Shown here piece after piece: positions 1 through 9,687 of a stretch of DNA of 64,000 nucleotides. The DNA comes from a virus, in the IMG/VR virus record IMGVR_UViG_3300015360_000036, positions 9,769-73,768 of that record; one strand, 5' to 3'. The notes beneath the pieces are model-generated. The model made no database searches. It was given only the letters and a program-made list of their open reading frames with translations, and was not told the DNA's origin. Within the stretch, counting starts at the first letter, position 1, and the number at the start of each line of letters is the position of its first letter. The position numbers were made by a program, and so were the translations under genes.

Positions 1-479
1 CTGTAAGAATCGAAAAGAAAAAGACGCAGCCACCACCAAGGTTTTCGCTAGACAAGTTAATTGATGAGCTTGTAAATAGAGGAATTGGTAGACCAGCTAC
101 CTATGCTGACTTGCTATCTAGAATTACTGCAAGGAATTATGTCGAGAAAAAGGGAAATGTATTCCATGCGACAGATCTTGGTAAGAAAATTACAGATACA
201 TTGATTAAGCATTTTACATTTATGGATTATGATTATACTGCTAAGATGGAGCAGCAACTAGACTTAATTAAACAGGGTAAAGTAAATCATATTGACGTGC
301 TTAAAGGATTCTTTCCATCATTCAAAGCAGAGCTTGATAAAGCTTATGTAGAGTTTGGTGGGGATCTTTGTGAGAAATGTGGTAGTCCGATGTCAACTAG
401 AACTACAAAAACTGGCGACAAGTTTATGGGGTGTTCTGCTTATCCCAAATGTAAAAATACTAAGCCTATCGCAAAGTAA
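1..479 (+). CDS. topA: DNA topoisomerase IA, C-terminal part (5' truncated by window)
   Basis: Frame is open from position 3: KTQPPPRFS..GIGRPATYA (TopA active-site region), YTAKMEQQLDLI, C-terminal Zn ribbon CEKC..FMGCSAYPKC. Confidence 0.93.
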   Translation, partial: VRIEKKKTQPPPRFSLDKLIDELVNRGIGRPATYADLLSRITARNYVEKKGNVFHATDLGKKITDTLIKHFTFMDYDYTAKMEQQLDLIKQGKVNHIDVLKGFFPSFKAELDKAYVEFGGDLCEKCGSPMSTRTTKTGDKFMGCSAYPKCKNTKPIAK

Positions 480-565
480 TCATTATCAATATGTTGGTTC
501 TAGCCGTCGATATAGATAGTTCGCAAGTAACAAACGTATTAAAATAATAGAAAGAACGAGCATTT

Positions 566-1897
566 TTGCTAATGAATAAAAATAATAAAGTGGCTGATAC
601 AGATTATCTTGCGCCAAAGGAGCTAGAAGGACAAGAGACTTTAAATAAAAGTGTTCTTATCAACATGACTCCACGTAGAACTGTGCATGATGTTAATAGT
701 ACTAGACCAACCCAAAACTTCATCGATGTAATGAAGTGGGCTGAATCTAATTTTACTAAAGTGTTAGCAGATAGAACTAATGTCAATAGATTTATTCACA
801 ATCGAATTGTAATAGATGGTCAATTTTTGCAATTTGCTAAAGAGCAAGGAATAAAAATTGAATGCTTGTACAAGGATTCAGTTATTTCTTGGAAGACTGA
901 ACATTCATTTGAAAAATTCTTTGTACAAGGGGTATTTCTTATTGAAGCTAAGGGCGTTGAATTTCTACATGCCGCTATTTTCCATAAGGGAAATCAATTC
1001 GAAGATGAAATTAGCTTCTTCGTTCTTTGTTCAGATTCAAACTTTGAAGCCTACATCAAACTTAGGAATTCGTTTGATGAGTGGGTAACTAAGAGAGATA
1101 GAGGTAATCTTCACATTAGAGTAATTGGTGGTGAAGATATTCCTTATACGAAGGATAGTTCATGGGAGGAGTTGTTCTTACCAGAAGATATTAAGACAGA
1201 TGTAAAAGATTTAGTTGAAGGATTTTTAGCATCAAAAGATTTTTATCTTGAAAACAGGATTCCTTGGAAACGTGGGGTGCTGTTATATGGTGAGCCAGGA
1301 AATGGTAAAACATCCATTATTCGTTCAATAATGGCAAATTACAATTTCAAACCAGTAACACCAGTTGCTGGTGCAAGTGATGATGCCATTAGAGAAACCT
1401 TTGCTTACGCAGAAGAGCAAAATCCTTCATTATTATATTTTGAAGATCTCGATTCAATGATTGAAAATGGATTAAATGTTTCATCTTTCTTGAACTTAAT
1501 GGATGGTATCTCTGCTAAGAATGGTCTTTTGGTTATTGCGACAGCAAATAATTTCAAAAAATTACCATATAGCATAACAGATAGACCATCACGTTTCGAT
1601 AGAAAATTTGAGATTCCATTACCAAATCAGGAAATGGCGTATATATATCTTAAGAGATGGTTCGGCGCGCTCATTACCGCAAAGAAATGCAAAGAGCTTG
1701 CTAAACTATCGGAGAAGTACGGATTCTCTTATGCTTACTTAAAGGAAATTTATATTTCTTCAATGTTTGAAGCTCTTGCTCATAAGAAGAAGGTTCCAAC
1801 GGAGAAGGATGTAGATAATGCGCTTAATAGGTTGATGAAAGATAAAAACATTCTAAGGAATGCGAATAAGATTAACACGGATAGATATTTCAAGTAA
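566..1897 (+). CDS. AAA+ ATPase (BCS1/FtsH-like AAA domain, no protease domain)
   Basis: KRGVLLYGEPGNGKT Walker A, LLYFEDLD Walker B, FLNLMDG, ATAN, DRPSRFDR arginine finger. Confidence 0.9.
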   Translation: MLMNKNNKVADTDYLAPKELEGQETLNKSVLINMTPRRTVHDVNSTRPTQNFIDVMKWAESNFTKVLADRTNVNRFIHNRIVIDGQFLQFAKEQGIKIECLYKDSVISWKTEHSFEKFFVQGVFLIEAKGVEFLHAAIFHKGNQFEDEISFFVLCSDSNFEAYIKLRNSFDEWVTKRDRGNLHIRVIGGEDIPYTKDSSWEELFLPEDIKTDVKDLVEGFLASKDFYLENRIPWKRGVLLYGEPGNGKTSIIRSIMANYNFKPVTPVAGASDDAIRETFAYAEEQNPSLLYFEDLDSMIENGLNVSSFLNLMDGISAKNGLLVIATANNFKKLPYSITDRPSRFDRKFEIPLPNQEMAYIYLKRWFGALITAKKCKELAKLSEKYGFSYAYLKEIYISSMFEALAHKKKVPTEKDVDNALNRLMKDKNILRNANKINTDRYFK

Positions 1898-1921
1898 GGT
1901 TAAATTAGGTTACAGGTAGAA

Positions 1922-2290
1922 ATGAAAGACAATTATTCTAAAGGTAGAAAACCATTTAAAAAGGCACTGAAAGGGGGTGATTCGCAAGCCGACGATATTA
2001 TTATCGATGAAGTTTCAAAAAATGAACCAGTACTCGGAGAATATTTAGAAGTAAAAGTTTTCAATAACTTTGAAAAGGCAATACGAGCTTTCAGGGCAGT
2101 AGTTCAAAAAGAGCGTATTTTATCCCTTTATAAGGAAAAGCAGTCATTTGAAAAACCTTCTGATAAGCGCAGAAGGAAGCGTAATGAGATGAAACGAAAG
2201 CGTTTAGAGTTAGAGAGTGATAATGGTTCAGAACCTAAGGTCAAAAAGACTTTCAAAAAGCACTCCTTTAAGGATACTTCTCCAGAATAA
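1922..2290 (+). CDS. rpsU: Ribosomal protein bS21 homolog with N- and C-terminal extensions
   Basis: VKVFNNFEKAIRAFRAVVQKERILSLYKEKQSFEKPSDKRRRK matches the bS21 pattern (E.ALR.F...., YEKPS.KR.RK). Confidence 0.85.
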   Translation: MKDNYSKGRKPFKKALKGGDSQADDIIIDEVSKNEPVLGEYLEVKVFNNFEKAIRAFRAVVQKERILSLYKEKQSFEKPSDKRRRKRNEMKRKRLELESDNGSEPKVKKTFKKHSFKDTSPE

Positions 2291-2301
2291 CTGGAGCCAA
2301 C

Positions 2302-3051
2302 ATGAATCAACAAACCAAGTTTTATAAAAATTCAGCAAGATCGAAAGATCCTACGCCTGAACATAAGCCATACGTTCCTCAATATCAAGTAATGGGTATT
2401 GAGCCAGAACCATATATTAGCCCTTTGGATCAAAATCAAACTCCACACCATACTCCAGTAGTATTACGTGGGGCGCCTAGAGAGCCATTACCTCTTGATA
2501 ACCCAAGGGGTCGTAAGGTTGGTATGAGAAATATGCCTTATGCAGAGACTTCTGTATCTCCTGTTGGAAGAGGTAGGGGTCCAGTTCCTAATGTTGGTAA
2601 TAACATGGAACATACTTGGTCAAGTGTTGATAGTGAAATAATCGATGATGTGTCTGGTTTATCTATTGATCAGACACATCATATGGTTGATAATAATGAT
2701 TTCGTATCTGATGAAGCGTTAGGTGTACAAACCAACGTTCAAACCTCTTCTTTAGGAGGTAAGGTTCGCATAGAGGGTGAAGAAGATAAGGCTTATTTAA
2801 CTGAAAATGATTTAAAGAAGATCTTATCAGATAAGAAAGAAATCACTTCTTTATCTTTATTGAAGGATAATCATTATATGGCTATACTTTTCGATAAAGT
2901 CGTCGCCACAGGACCAATTGATAAGGTTCAAGCAATAGTTTCATCATTAATTTTTGGTGAACATAAAGATTATCAAAACGTATCTATCTCTATAGATGAT
3001 ATAGTAGTCGTTAAGAAGATCAAGCTTAAAGTAGGTGTCTTCTTAGAATAA
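2302..3051 (+). CDS. Hypothetical protein
   Basis: 249-aa ORF with GGAG SD; no recognised motif. Confidence 0.7.
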   Translation: MNQQTKFYKNSARSKDPTPEHKPYVPQYQVMGIEPEPYISPLDQNQTPHHTPVVLRGAPREPLPLDNPRGRKVGMRNMPYAETSVSPVGRGRGPVPNVGNNMEHTWSSVDSEIIDDVSGLSIDQTHHMVDNNDFVSDEALGVQTNVQTSSLGGKVRIEGEEDKAYLTENDLKKILSDKKEITSLSLLKDNHYMAILFDKVVATGPIDKVQAIVSSLIFGEHKDYQNVSISIDDIVVVKKIKLKVGVFLE

Positions 3052-3060
3052 GGGACTACT

Positions 3061-3801
3061 ATGAGTGATGGACAAAGAAAAGTTACTGATGTTATTTTGG
3101 ATTTAGAAGCTAAAGTTAATGCATTATTAACTTCATCTAAAAATCAAGAAATGCTTGTAAAGATAATGTCAAACAAATTGAATGAATTATTACAAGCACA
3201 ATCGGTTCCAAAGCCTGTTGTAGGAAAACCTTTTGTTGAGGCAGTTAATACTACACATCAAAAGGCTATTGAGATTTCATCGGAAACTAAACTTCCAATG
3301 CAAGATCTTCCAAATGGATTTAGAAGAACTTCAAGACCTGAAACTTATTCTGGTGATAATCAATATTTACCAGTAACAGATCAAGGAGTAACCAAATTCC
3401 CTATGCAGTTGCCTAAACAGCCTGAGGCAGAAGTAAGGGTACCTGCGCCAGCTACTACAAAAAAAGAAACACCAACATTCACAGAGAAACCTGTACCTTC
3501 TGAAATTCAAAATAGGGTTGTAAGTAATGCAATTCCTGTTATTCAAAGAATTGTAGATTCAACTGGTAAATCTATATTTTTGGCAGATGTCGAAATCACA
3601 GATGTAGATGGTAAGACACCAACATATAAATCTAGAACAAATGGTACTGGTAAATGGATGGCAACATTAGCGCCTGGGCAGTATAAAGTAGTCATTCGTA
3701 AAAGAGAATCGTTGACAAAAGAGAAGTTAGAGTCCACACAGGAGATTACTGTGACTGGAGCTGTTAGTCCATTTGAACTGCCAATTCTTATTATGAGATA
3801 A
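3061..3801 (+). CDS. Hypothetical protein: N-terminal coiled coil, C-terminal prealbumin/carboxypeptidase-regulatory-like beta domain
   Basis: GKSIFLADVEI..RTNGTGKW...LAPGQYKVVIRK pattern. Confidence 0.55.
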   Translation: MSDGQRKVTDVILDLEAKVNALLTSSKNQEMLVKIMSNKLNELLQAQSVPKPVVGKPFVEAVNTTHQKAIEISSETKLPMQDLPNGFRRTSRPETYSGDNQYLPVTDQGVTKFPMQLPKQPEAEVRVPAPATTKKETPTFTEKPVPSEIQNRVVSNAIPVIQRIVDSTGKSIFLADVEITDVDGKTPTYKSRTNGTGKWMATLAPGQYKVVIRKRESLTKEKLESTQEITVTGAVSPFELPILIMR

Positions 3802-3825
3802 TGTCAATAAAAATACATATATGGC

Positions 3826-5616
3826 ATGACTATTGTAATTAGAAAAAAAATATCTAGTGATAATATAAAAGCTTATGAAATACAAGGTTTTATACACGAT
3901 TATTACAATAATGGATTTATTGCTCAAGAAAATAGAGATACGTACCAAAGAGGTGTTGTACCAAGATCAAAAATAGCTCTCTGGGATGCAAATGATGTTG
4001 TAAAATACTTAAAATCATTTGATGATAATACAAAACAAATGATTTCTAAATTGATTGAAATGACTCAATCAACTGATGTGATAGATCTTAAAAAGTATGT
4101 TGAGTTAGTAAAATTTGCTAAAGAAGTATTCATTAGACATTTTAGTAAATTAACAAATGAAGCAAAATCAATTCTATTTACTGTATTTAATACAGCCTCT
4201 TCAAAATTACAAGTTATGCGTAGTGAATCTAAACCAGATGCTATGATACCTTTAGCTGCGGCAGCCACACTACTTACTTTAACTGTAAATCAATTAAAAT
4301 CTGTAATAGATAAAGTAAATAAATTACCTAATAAGTATTCAGATGAAATTTCAGAATTGGAAGAAGAGTCCAAATATAACACATATGTTGGAATGGAAGA
4401 TCCAATACGGGCTCAAATTAATGAATTGAGTAAGCTTGCAGCTAACATTATTATTGTTAATGAAAATATATCTTCAAATATTGAGGTGAAAATTGATAAG
4501 ATAAAGATAAGTGATTTCAACAAATTAGCTGCATATGCACGTTATATGAGGCAGAATGAAGGTGACGATCCTATTATTGTTCCAGCAACAAATAACACCG
4601 CTAATCCAATATTAGATCAATCAAAAGAGTATTTATCATTGATTATGGATGATGGATTTCATGATTCACAAAATGCTTTAGTTGCTTTAGGACTAATTTA
4701 TGAATTAAGTGGTTCAAAATCAATAATTAATATATTGAAAAAGCCAAATATATCAGATAGAGTAATTGGTGCTATAGCTGAATTAATACAAAAAGGTAAT
4801 GATGTTGATTTGTTTGATCAAATTATATCACAGATTGAATCAATAGAGAAATATGACTTATTTCAATCAATGTTCATAAATGATGTTAATTACGAATTTC
4901 TTCACAATTTAATAGAAAAGAACATTGATAATGTAATATTTATGAATCAATTTGTTAATGGAACATTAAATAGAATTTCCGCAGCAGTAATACTTGATTT
5001 ACTTAGTAAATACCCTGAAAAATTCGCTAATATTGATCTTAATTTGCATAAGGTAATTGGGTACGTGTCAAGACATATTGATGATATAATCTATATTATT
5101 GAATCATTATTAAATAGCGGTAAACCTGAACAATTACTAAAGTACATCAATCAAATGTTAGGTTATTTATCTTACCCTATGTACGCTATAAAAATATTAG
5201 GTAAATATGGAAATATTATTTCCAGCAATGAATCATCAGTAATAGCATTTTTCAAAGATAAAAATGTAACAAAACAGATGGTCAAAGAAATGAATTGGCA
5301 AAATATTATTTCAGTTATGAAGATTGTAAATAAATACCCTAATTTGCAATCTATTTTCACTGGAATAGCTGAAGCAATTGAAGATCAACTAAACGATAGG
5401 GTTTATTCATTATTACTTAAAGCAATTCCATTTACACAAGAATATAAGAGCATATTAGATTCATATAGGGCAAATGTTCTTAAGACCCAAGAAGATGCTA
5501 AAAATTATATTCAGAAAATGGTAGAGCCGCAAACAGCTAATTTGCCAATAAATAATGAACAGCCATCTAAACAAAGTGTAGCAAATATGATTTTTGCATT
5601 AAGATCATCTAGATAA
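3826..5616 (+). CDS. Hypothetical alpha-helical protein, AT-rich accessory gene
   Basis: 596-aa I/N/K-rich ORF; no recognised motif. Confidence 0.7.
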   Translation: MTIVIRKKISSDNIKAYEIQGFIHDYYNNGFIAQENRDTYQRGVVPRSKIALWDANDVVKYLKSFDDNTKQMISKLIEMTQSTDVIDLKKYVELVKFAKEVFIRHFSKLTNEAKSILFTVFNTASSKLQVMRSESKPDAMIPLAAAATLLTLTVNQLKSVIDKVNKLPNKYSDEISELEEESKYNTYVGMEDPIRAQINELSKLAANIIIVNENISSNIEVKIDKIKISDFNKLAAYARYMRQNEGDDPIIVPATNNTANPILDQSKEYLSLIMDDGFHDSQNALVALGLIYELSGSKSIINILKKPNISDRVIGAIAELIQKGNDVDLFDQIISQIESIEKYDLFQSMFINDVNYEFLHNLIEKNIDNVIFMNQFVNGTLNRISAAVILDLLSKYPEKFANIDLNLHKVIGYVSRHIDDIIYIIESLLNSGKPEQLLKYINQMLGYLSYPMYAIKILGKYGNIISSNESSVIAFFKDKNVTKQMVKEMNWQNIISVMKIVNKYPNLQSIFTGIAEAIEDQLNDRVYSLLLKAIPFTQEYKSILDSYRANVLKTQEDAKNYIQKMVEPQTANLPINNEQPSKQSVANMIFALRSSR

Positions 5617-5652
5617 TTTGATTAAATTATCAGATTCTTACTTTGATATATA

Positions 5653-6372
5653 ATGAGTATGTCAACCAAAAATTTAAAATTCCAAGTAATAGTCAGTGAT
5701 CCCGCCTGGTCATTTTCAGATTCACTTTCCATGTCTGACGTAGCTAGAGGTGCTTCCGCTAACTATAAGACCATGACGCTTTCAGATATTAAAGCGCTTC
5801 CTGTAAAAGAGGTTGCTGACCCTACCGGAGCCGTGCTAGCTCTCTGGGTTCCGTCTTCTCTTTTGCAGGAAGGCTTAGATACTATTAAAGCCTGGGGATT
5901 TACTCACAAACAAACATATATTTGGGTAAAGACTAAGAAGACACCATTATCTAATTTTTTATCAGTAGTTAAGAAGCAAGTAAAGCAACTTAATAAAGCC
6001 AAAGGGACAGATATCCCAGATGGCATGATAAATACTATTTTGACTACATGTAAGAATTTTAAAATTAAAGATACATTGGCATTTGGAATGGGTCGTCTAT
6101 TTAGGCAAACGCATGAAATTTGTTTAATCGGTACTAATAAAAATGGTATTTATAAATTACTTAAGAACAAGTCACAACGTTCAGTATCATTTGCTGAAAA
6201 TCTTAAGCATTCAGCAAAGCCAGAAGATTTACAAGATTCACTAGAACAGATGTTTCCAGGTACAAATAAGTTAGAAATGTTTGCTCGAAGAGAACGTACT
6301 GATTGGACTTGTTTAGGAAATGAAGTTGGTTTGAAGGAAGATATTCGCGATTCAATCGCAAAATTAATTTAA
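5653..6372 (+). CDS. MT-A70 family N6-adenine methyltransferase
   Basis: VIVSDPAW (DPPW-like), Y.TM...DIKALPV, LALWV, WGF...YIWVK, HSAKP, LEMFAR. Confidence 0.9.
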   Translation: MSMSTKNLKFQVIVSDPAWSFSDSLSMSDVARGASANYKTMTLSDIKALPVKEVADPTGAVLALWVPSSLLQEGLDTIKAWGFTHKQTYIWVKTKKTPLSNFLSVVKKQVKQLNKAKGTDIPDGMINTILTTCKNFKIKDTLAFGMGRLFRQTHEICLIGTNKNGIYKLLKNKSQRSVSFAENLKHSAKPEDLQDSLEQMFPGTNKLEMFARRERTDWTCLGNEVGLKEDIRDSIAKLI

Positions 6373-6417
6373 TACGCGGTCCATTGACCGTTAATTTACA
6401 GGGATTACGGTGATGCT

Positions 6418-6936
6418 ATGTCCAAAAAAACACTGCTACTGAGCGCAAGCTATGAGGTTATTTCTTTCATTCCAGAGAGAAAAGCTTTCAAGTTATTTTT
6501 TAACGATAAAGACAAGGTGGAAGTCATCTCAAGCTGGGATGATGAAATCACTTGGTCTTCCGGTAAAGTTAAGCACCCATCAATCCTGAGACTAAAGAAT
6601 TACGTAAGAAGGAATTACTATAACTCAAACTTCAGCCGTAAGGCTTTGGTCAAAAGAGATAAGAGTACTTGCCAATTCTGTGCAAAGAAGCTTGTAGCAT
6701 CACAGATTACGATAGATCATGTTCTTCCAAGAGCGCAGGGAGGAGTTACATCTTTCACTAACTGTGTTGTATCTTGTCAGATTTGCAATAATAAAAAAGC
6801 AGATCGTACTCCAGAACAAGCTAAGATGACTTTGTTGAAGAAACCAACACATCCTTCATTTTCATCCAACATATATGTTGCTGATCCTCAAGAGTATTGG
6901 CATAATGATTGGGATGATTTCTTAGGCAATGTTTAA
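6418..6936 (+). CDS. HNH endonuclease (McrA/HNH_5-like)
   Basis: RDKSTCQFC...TIDHVLPRAQGG..SFTNCVVSCQICNNKK. Confidence 0.92.
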   Translation: MSKKTLLLSASYEVISFIPERKAFKLFFNDKDKVEVISSWDDEITWSSGKVKHPSILRLKNYVRRNYYNSNFSRKALVKRDKSTCQFCAKKLVASQITIDHVLPRAQGGVTSFTNCVVSCQICNNKKADRTPEQAKMTLLKKPTHPSFSSNIYVADPQEYWHNDWDDFLGNV

Positions 6937-6939
6937 TAT

Positions 6940-6973
6940 AAAAGACCATGTATTTAACGTACATGGTCTTTTT
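6940..6973 (+). terminator. Intrinsic terminator, probably bidirectional
   Basis: Perfect 13-bp inverted repeat AAAAGACCATGTA/TACATGGTCTTTT directly after the HNH stop. Confidence 0.75.
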
Positions 6974-7028
6974 GTCATGCGAATAATACAGAATACTATA
7001 TACCCTGAACTGATATATAGGAAGAACC

Positions 7029-7283
7029 ATGACAAACACGGTAAGCTGCAACTGTATAGTATGTGCTCAAGAGTTTCAACCAGAGGAACTTCAAAGCTTA
7101 GCATCGTCTAAGATTAATGCCACACGCTTTAAGATCTGCCAAGCTTGCTTGGATAAGTGTGATCCTGAAGACGACTATAATCAAGCTCGTGATATCGTCA
7201 ATTCATATTTGAATTTTGCATATGCTAAAAGCATGTACAATGAGGCTATGGATATTTTAGATTCTAGAAAGAAATTATCATAA
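7029..7283 (+). CDS. Small Zn-finger protein
   Basis: CIVC...CQAC. Confidence 0.65.
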   Translation: MTNTVSCNCIVCAQEFQPEELQSLASSKINATRFKICQACLDKCDPEDDYNQARDIVNSYLNFAYAKSMYNEAMDILDSRKKLS

Positions 7284-7442
7284 TATTTCTATAATAATTA
7301 CTCTATCCTCTTCATCTAAATAATCGTCTTTAGCTTTCTTTATTAATGGTGTAGGATCAACCTCTATATACAGAGGAATTTGCTCAAAATTGTTTTTCTT
7401 TCTATCCTTGCGCTCATGAATAAACGGGAGAAATGGTTCCAT
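7278..7442 (-). CDS. Small protein (54 aa), not in ORF track
   Basis: GGAGG SD then ATG; MEPFLPFIHERKDRKKNNFEQIPLYIEVDPTPLIKKAKDDYLDEEDRVIIIEIL-TGA; fills an intergenic gap. Confidence 0.7.
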   Translation of the reverse strand: MEPFLPFIHERKDRKKNNFEQIPLYIEVDPTPLIKKAKDDYLDEEDRVIIIEIL

Positions 7443-7493
7443 TTTGCCTCCACCAATTACTAATATACGATTTTAGTAATAAAGTAATAAATA

Positions 7494-7691
7494 ATGCTAT
7501 GTACTAGTTGCAGTAAACTTGCTCAATTACACACTAATAAGGTATGTTCACGCTGTAAAGGCAGTGTTTTTATTAGTATTTCTGTTATTTGTGAAAAATG
7601 TTCAAGCAAAACAAAACAATGCTCTGCATGTCTTAAAAATATATCTTCACCATCTAGTAAGTCAGGTGGATGTGGACAATGCGGTAAATGA
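7494..7691 (+). CDS. Small Cys-rich (multi-CxxC) protein
   Basis: Five CxxC pairs in 65 aa. Confidence 0.65.
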   Translation: MLCTSCSKLAQLHTNKVCSRCKGSVFISISVICEKCSSKTKQCSACLKNISSPSSKSGGCGQCGK

Positions 7692-7704
7692 TATACAGGA
7701 CCAT

Positions 7705-8232
7705 ATGATTATTACAAACAACGAAAGTGCTCTAAGAGTTACATGTGAAGAAGTACTACCTGAAGAGGTAGGTAGTCTTATCGAAATTTTAGAATTAGAA
7801 TTAGATAATAGCAATAGGCTCGGCAGGGGCGGAATTGGATTGGCTGGTCCACAAATCGGAATTGCTAAGAAAATAGCTATTGTAAGGTTAAACCAAAACA
7901 TGAATATCAATCTAATTAATTGTAAGATTGAGAAAGGCTATGACCCTACGATTTTCAGGGAGGAAGGTTGTTTATCTTTTCCTGGTAGAGTAGAAGATAC
8001 TATAAGATTTCAGGAGGTATATATTACTGGTAACCTAACTTATCCTCATAGTTTTGTTGCAACTGGTTTATTAGCTGTTGTATGTCAGCATGAAATTGAT
8101 CATCTAAATAGTATTATATTTACTGATAGAATAAACCCAAAGCCGATAATGATTAAAAAATCAAAAGTTGGTCCTAATGACCCTTGTTTGTGCGGTTCAA
8201 ACAAAAAATATAAGAAATGTTGTGCTAAATGA
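7705..8232 (+). CDS. def: Peptide deformylase with C-terminal SEC-C motif
   Basis: GIGLAGPQIG, EGCLSFP, QHEIDHL; tail VGPNDPCLCGSNKKYKKCC; start reassigned to ATG 7705 after AGGA. Confidence 0.93.
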   Translation: MIITNNESALRVTCEEVLPEEVGSLIEILELELDNSNRLGRGGIGLAGPQIGIAKKIAIVRLNQNMNINLINCKIEKGYDPTIFREEGCLSFPGRVEDTIRFQEVYITGNLTYPHSFVATGLLAVVCQHEIDHLNSIIFTDRINPKPIMIKKSKVGPNDPCLCGSNKKYKKCCAK

Positions 8233-8402
8233 ATAATGAACTTGATGTGCAGGTAGCAGAGATATTAGTCAGACTAATTGCTCTTGAAAATCTCCTAATA
8301 AAGAAAAATCTAATTCTTGGAGAGGAAATTGTCAAAGAGATGAAAGGTATAACAGACTCTGTGGTCGCTGCTTTAGCTTCTAAAGAATCAGAATCTAAAT
8401 GA
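8229..8402 (+). CDS. Small hypothetical protein (57 aa), not in ORF track
   Basis: ATGA overlaps at both ends; MNNELDVQVAEILVRLIALENLLIKKNLI... Confidence 0.65.
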   Translation: MNNELDVQVAEILVRLIALENLLIKKNLILGEEIVKEMKGITDSVVAALASKESESK

Positions 8403-8728
8403 TTTTCATAACTAAAGAAGAAGATTTGGTATACAACTCGAAATTAAGTTCCATTTATTTCTACTCATCATGGTTGCCATTTCATAAGAAGTTTTTAATC
8501 ATGATAGACAAAGTAAAAGAAAAACACTCTTCTTTAGAATTTTTCGCTATAGACGTTGATCAGTTCAGAGGATTATGCTCAAGATATGGAGTACTTTCTG
8601 TTCCAACTGTTATAGTAATGTATGAAGGTAAAGAACAAACTAGGATAGAAGGGCTGGTAATGACTAGTGCTTTTATAAAAGTTTTCGCTGATATATGTAA
8701 TAAGTATTCTGCAAATTTGGAGAAATAA
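8399..8728 (+). CDS. Thioredoxin-fold protein lacking CxxC
   Basis: IYFYSSWLPFH (WCxxC position), FFAIDVD, YGVLSVPT, RIEG. Confidence 0.75.
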   Translation: MIFITKEEDLVYNSKLSSIYFYSSWLPFHKKFLIMIDKVKEKHSSLEFFAIDVDQFRGLCSRYGVLSVPTVIVMYEGKEQTRIEGLVMTSAFIKVFADICNKYSANLEK

Positions 8729-9013
8729 ATGGTAAAAAAGCAAGAAAAAGTAGTAGTAGCAGCACCAGTAGTAGCTAAAGTAGAGTTAACTGAAGCTCAA
8801 AAGATTTGGAACGAAGTTAAAGGTTTAGAAATTGAAATGTTTGCATTGCCAAATCAAAAAGTACATCAATATGTAAAGCAAGTTTCTATCGATCCAAGTA
8901 GACTATTTTTAATCGCTAATGCTACATCAGTATTACCTGCATTAGAGCTAGTTGTTGATAAGAAGTTTACTATTGAAAAAATAGATAGATTTCTAGTTCT
9001 TACAAGGAAATAA
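8729..9013 (+). CDS. Hypothetical protein
   Basis: ORF with GGAG SD. Confidence 0.65.
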   Translation: MVKKQEKVVVAAPVVAKVELTEAQKIWNEVKGLEIEMFALPNQKVHQYVKQVSIDPSRLFLIANATSVLPALELVVDKKFTIEKIDRFLVLTRK

Positions 9014-9014
9014 G

Positions 9015-9500
9015 ATGCCTTTCGACGAAGAAGATCAAGATACAGGACCATCAGAACATTCTAAAAAAATTGGATTAAAAAAAGTAAGCGATCAAAAATC
9101 AATTTTTGATAATGCTCCTAAGAAACCAACTAAAGAAGAGTTTGAATTAAAAGTTAAAGAACGTCAAGATCGTCAAACTGGATATAAACAAAAAGCGGCT
9201 GATCTTGCTGTTAAGTTTAGAAGAATGATGGAAGATAAAACGCTTGTTCAAAATAGAAGTGTTTTCGCCAAAGAAATAGAGCGAGATGTTTTAAGTGAAA
9301 TGATTCAGCTTGCTATGGATATTAATGCTGATCCAAGCGAACAAGAAGGAATGGGTTCATTAAGTTGGATTACTCTATTATTCAAAACTTGTTTGTCACA
9401 AAGGGATAGATTGAATAATCTTGAATTTATTTCAGAAGATTTAGGAAAGAAAATTAAAAGTATTTCTGAGTCTCTTGACAGTAAAAAGTCCAGTGAGTAA
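9015..9500 (+). CDS. Hypothetical protein
   Basis: ORF, operon-like packing. Confidence 0.65.
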   Translation: MPFDEEDQDTGPSEHSKKIGLKKVSDQKSIFDNAPKKPTKEEFELKVKERQDRQTGYKQKAADLAVKFRRMMEDKTLVQNRSVFAKEIERDVLSEMIQLAMDINADPSEQEGMGSLSWITLLFKTCLSQRDRLNNLEFISEDLGKKIKSISESLDSKKSSE

Positions 9501-9503
9501 GTT
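9475..9503 (+). promoter_or_regulatory. Sigma70-type promoter
   Basis: TTGACA-17 bp-TAAGTT. Confidence 0.5.
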
Positions 9504-9507
9504 AGTC

Positions 9508-9687
9508 ATGATTACTAAAGAATCAATAATGACTCTTATTTCAGAAGAAAAAGAAACCTTTAGTAAGTATTCACAATCATGCGCAATATACAAAATCGAA
9601 ATGGACCCATTGGCTATGGCGAAACATCATGGGAAACTGGAGATACTACAGATGCTTCTACAAGAAAAGCCTTCTTCAAAAATTTAG
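9508..9687 (+). CDS. Small hypothetical protein
   Basis: ATG 9508 within ORF 9475-9687; overlaps next ORF. Confidence 0.45.
   Translation: MITKESIMTLISEEKETFSKYSQSCAIYKIEMDPLAMAKHHGKLEILQMLLQEKPSSKI

Noticed and set aside
7519-7704. N-terminal extension of the deformylase in the ORF track
   Set aside because: It overlaps the Cys-rich ORF; an SD and ATG at 7705 give a normal PDF start.
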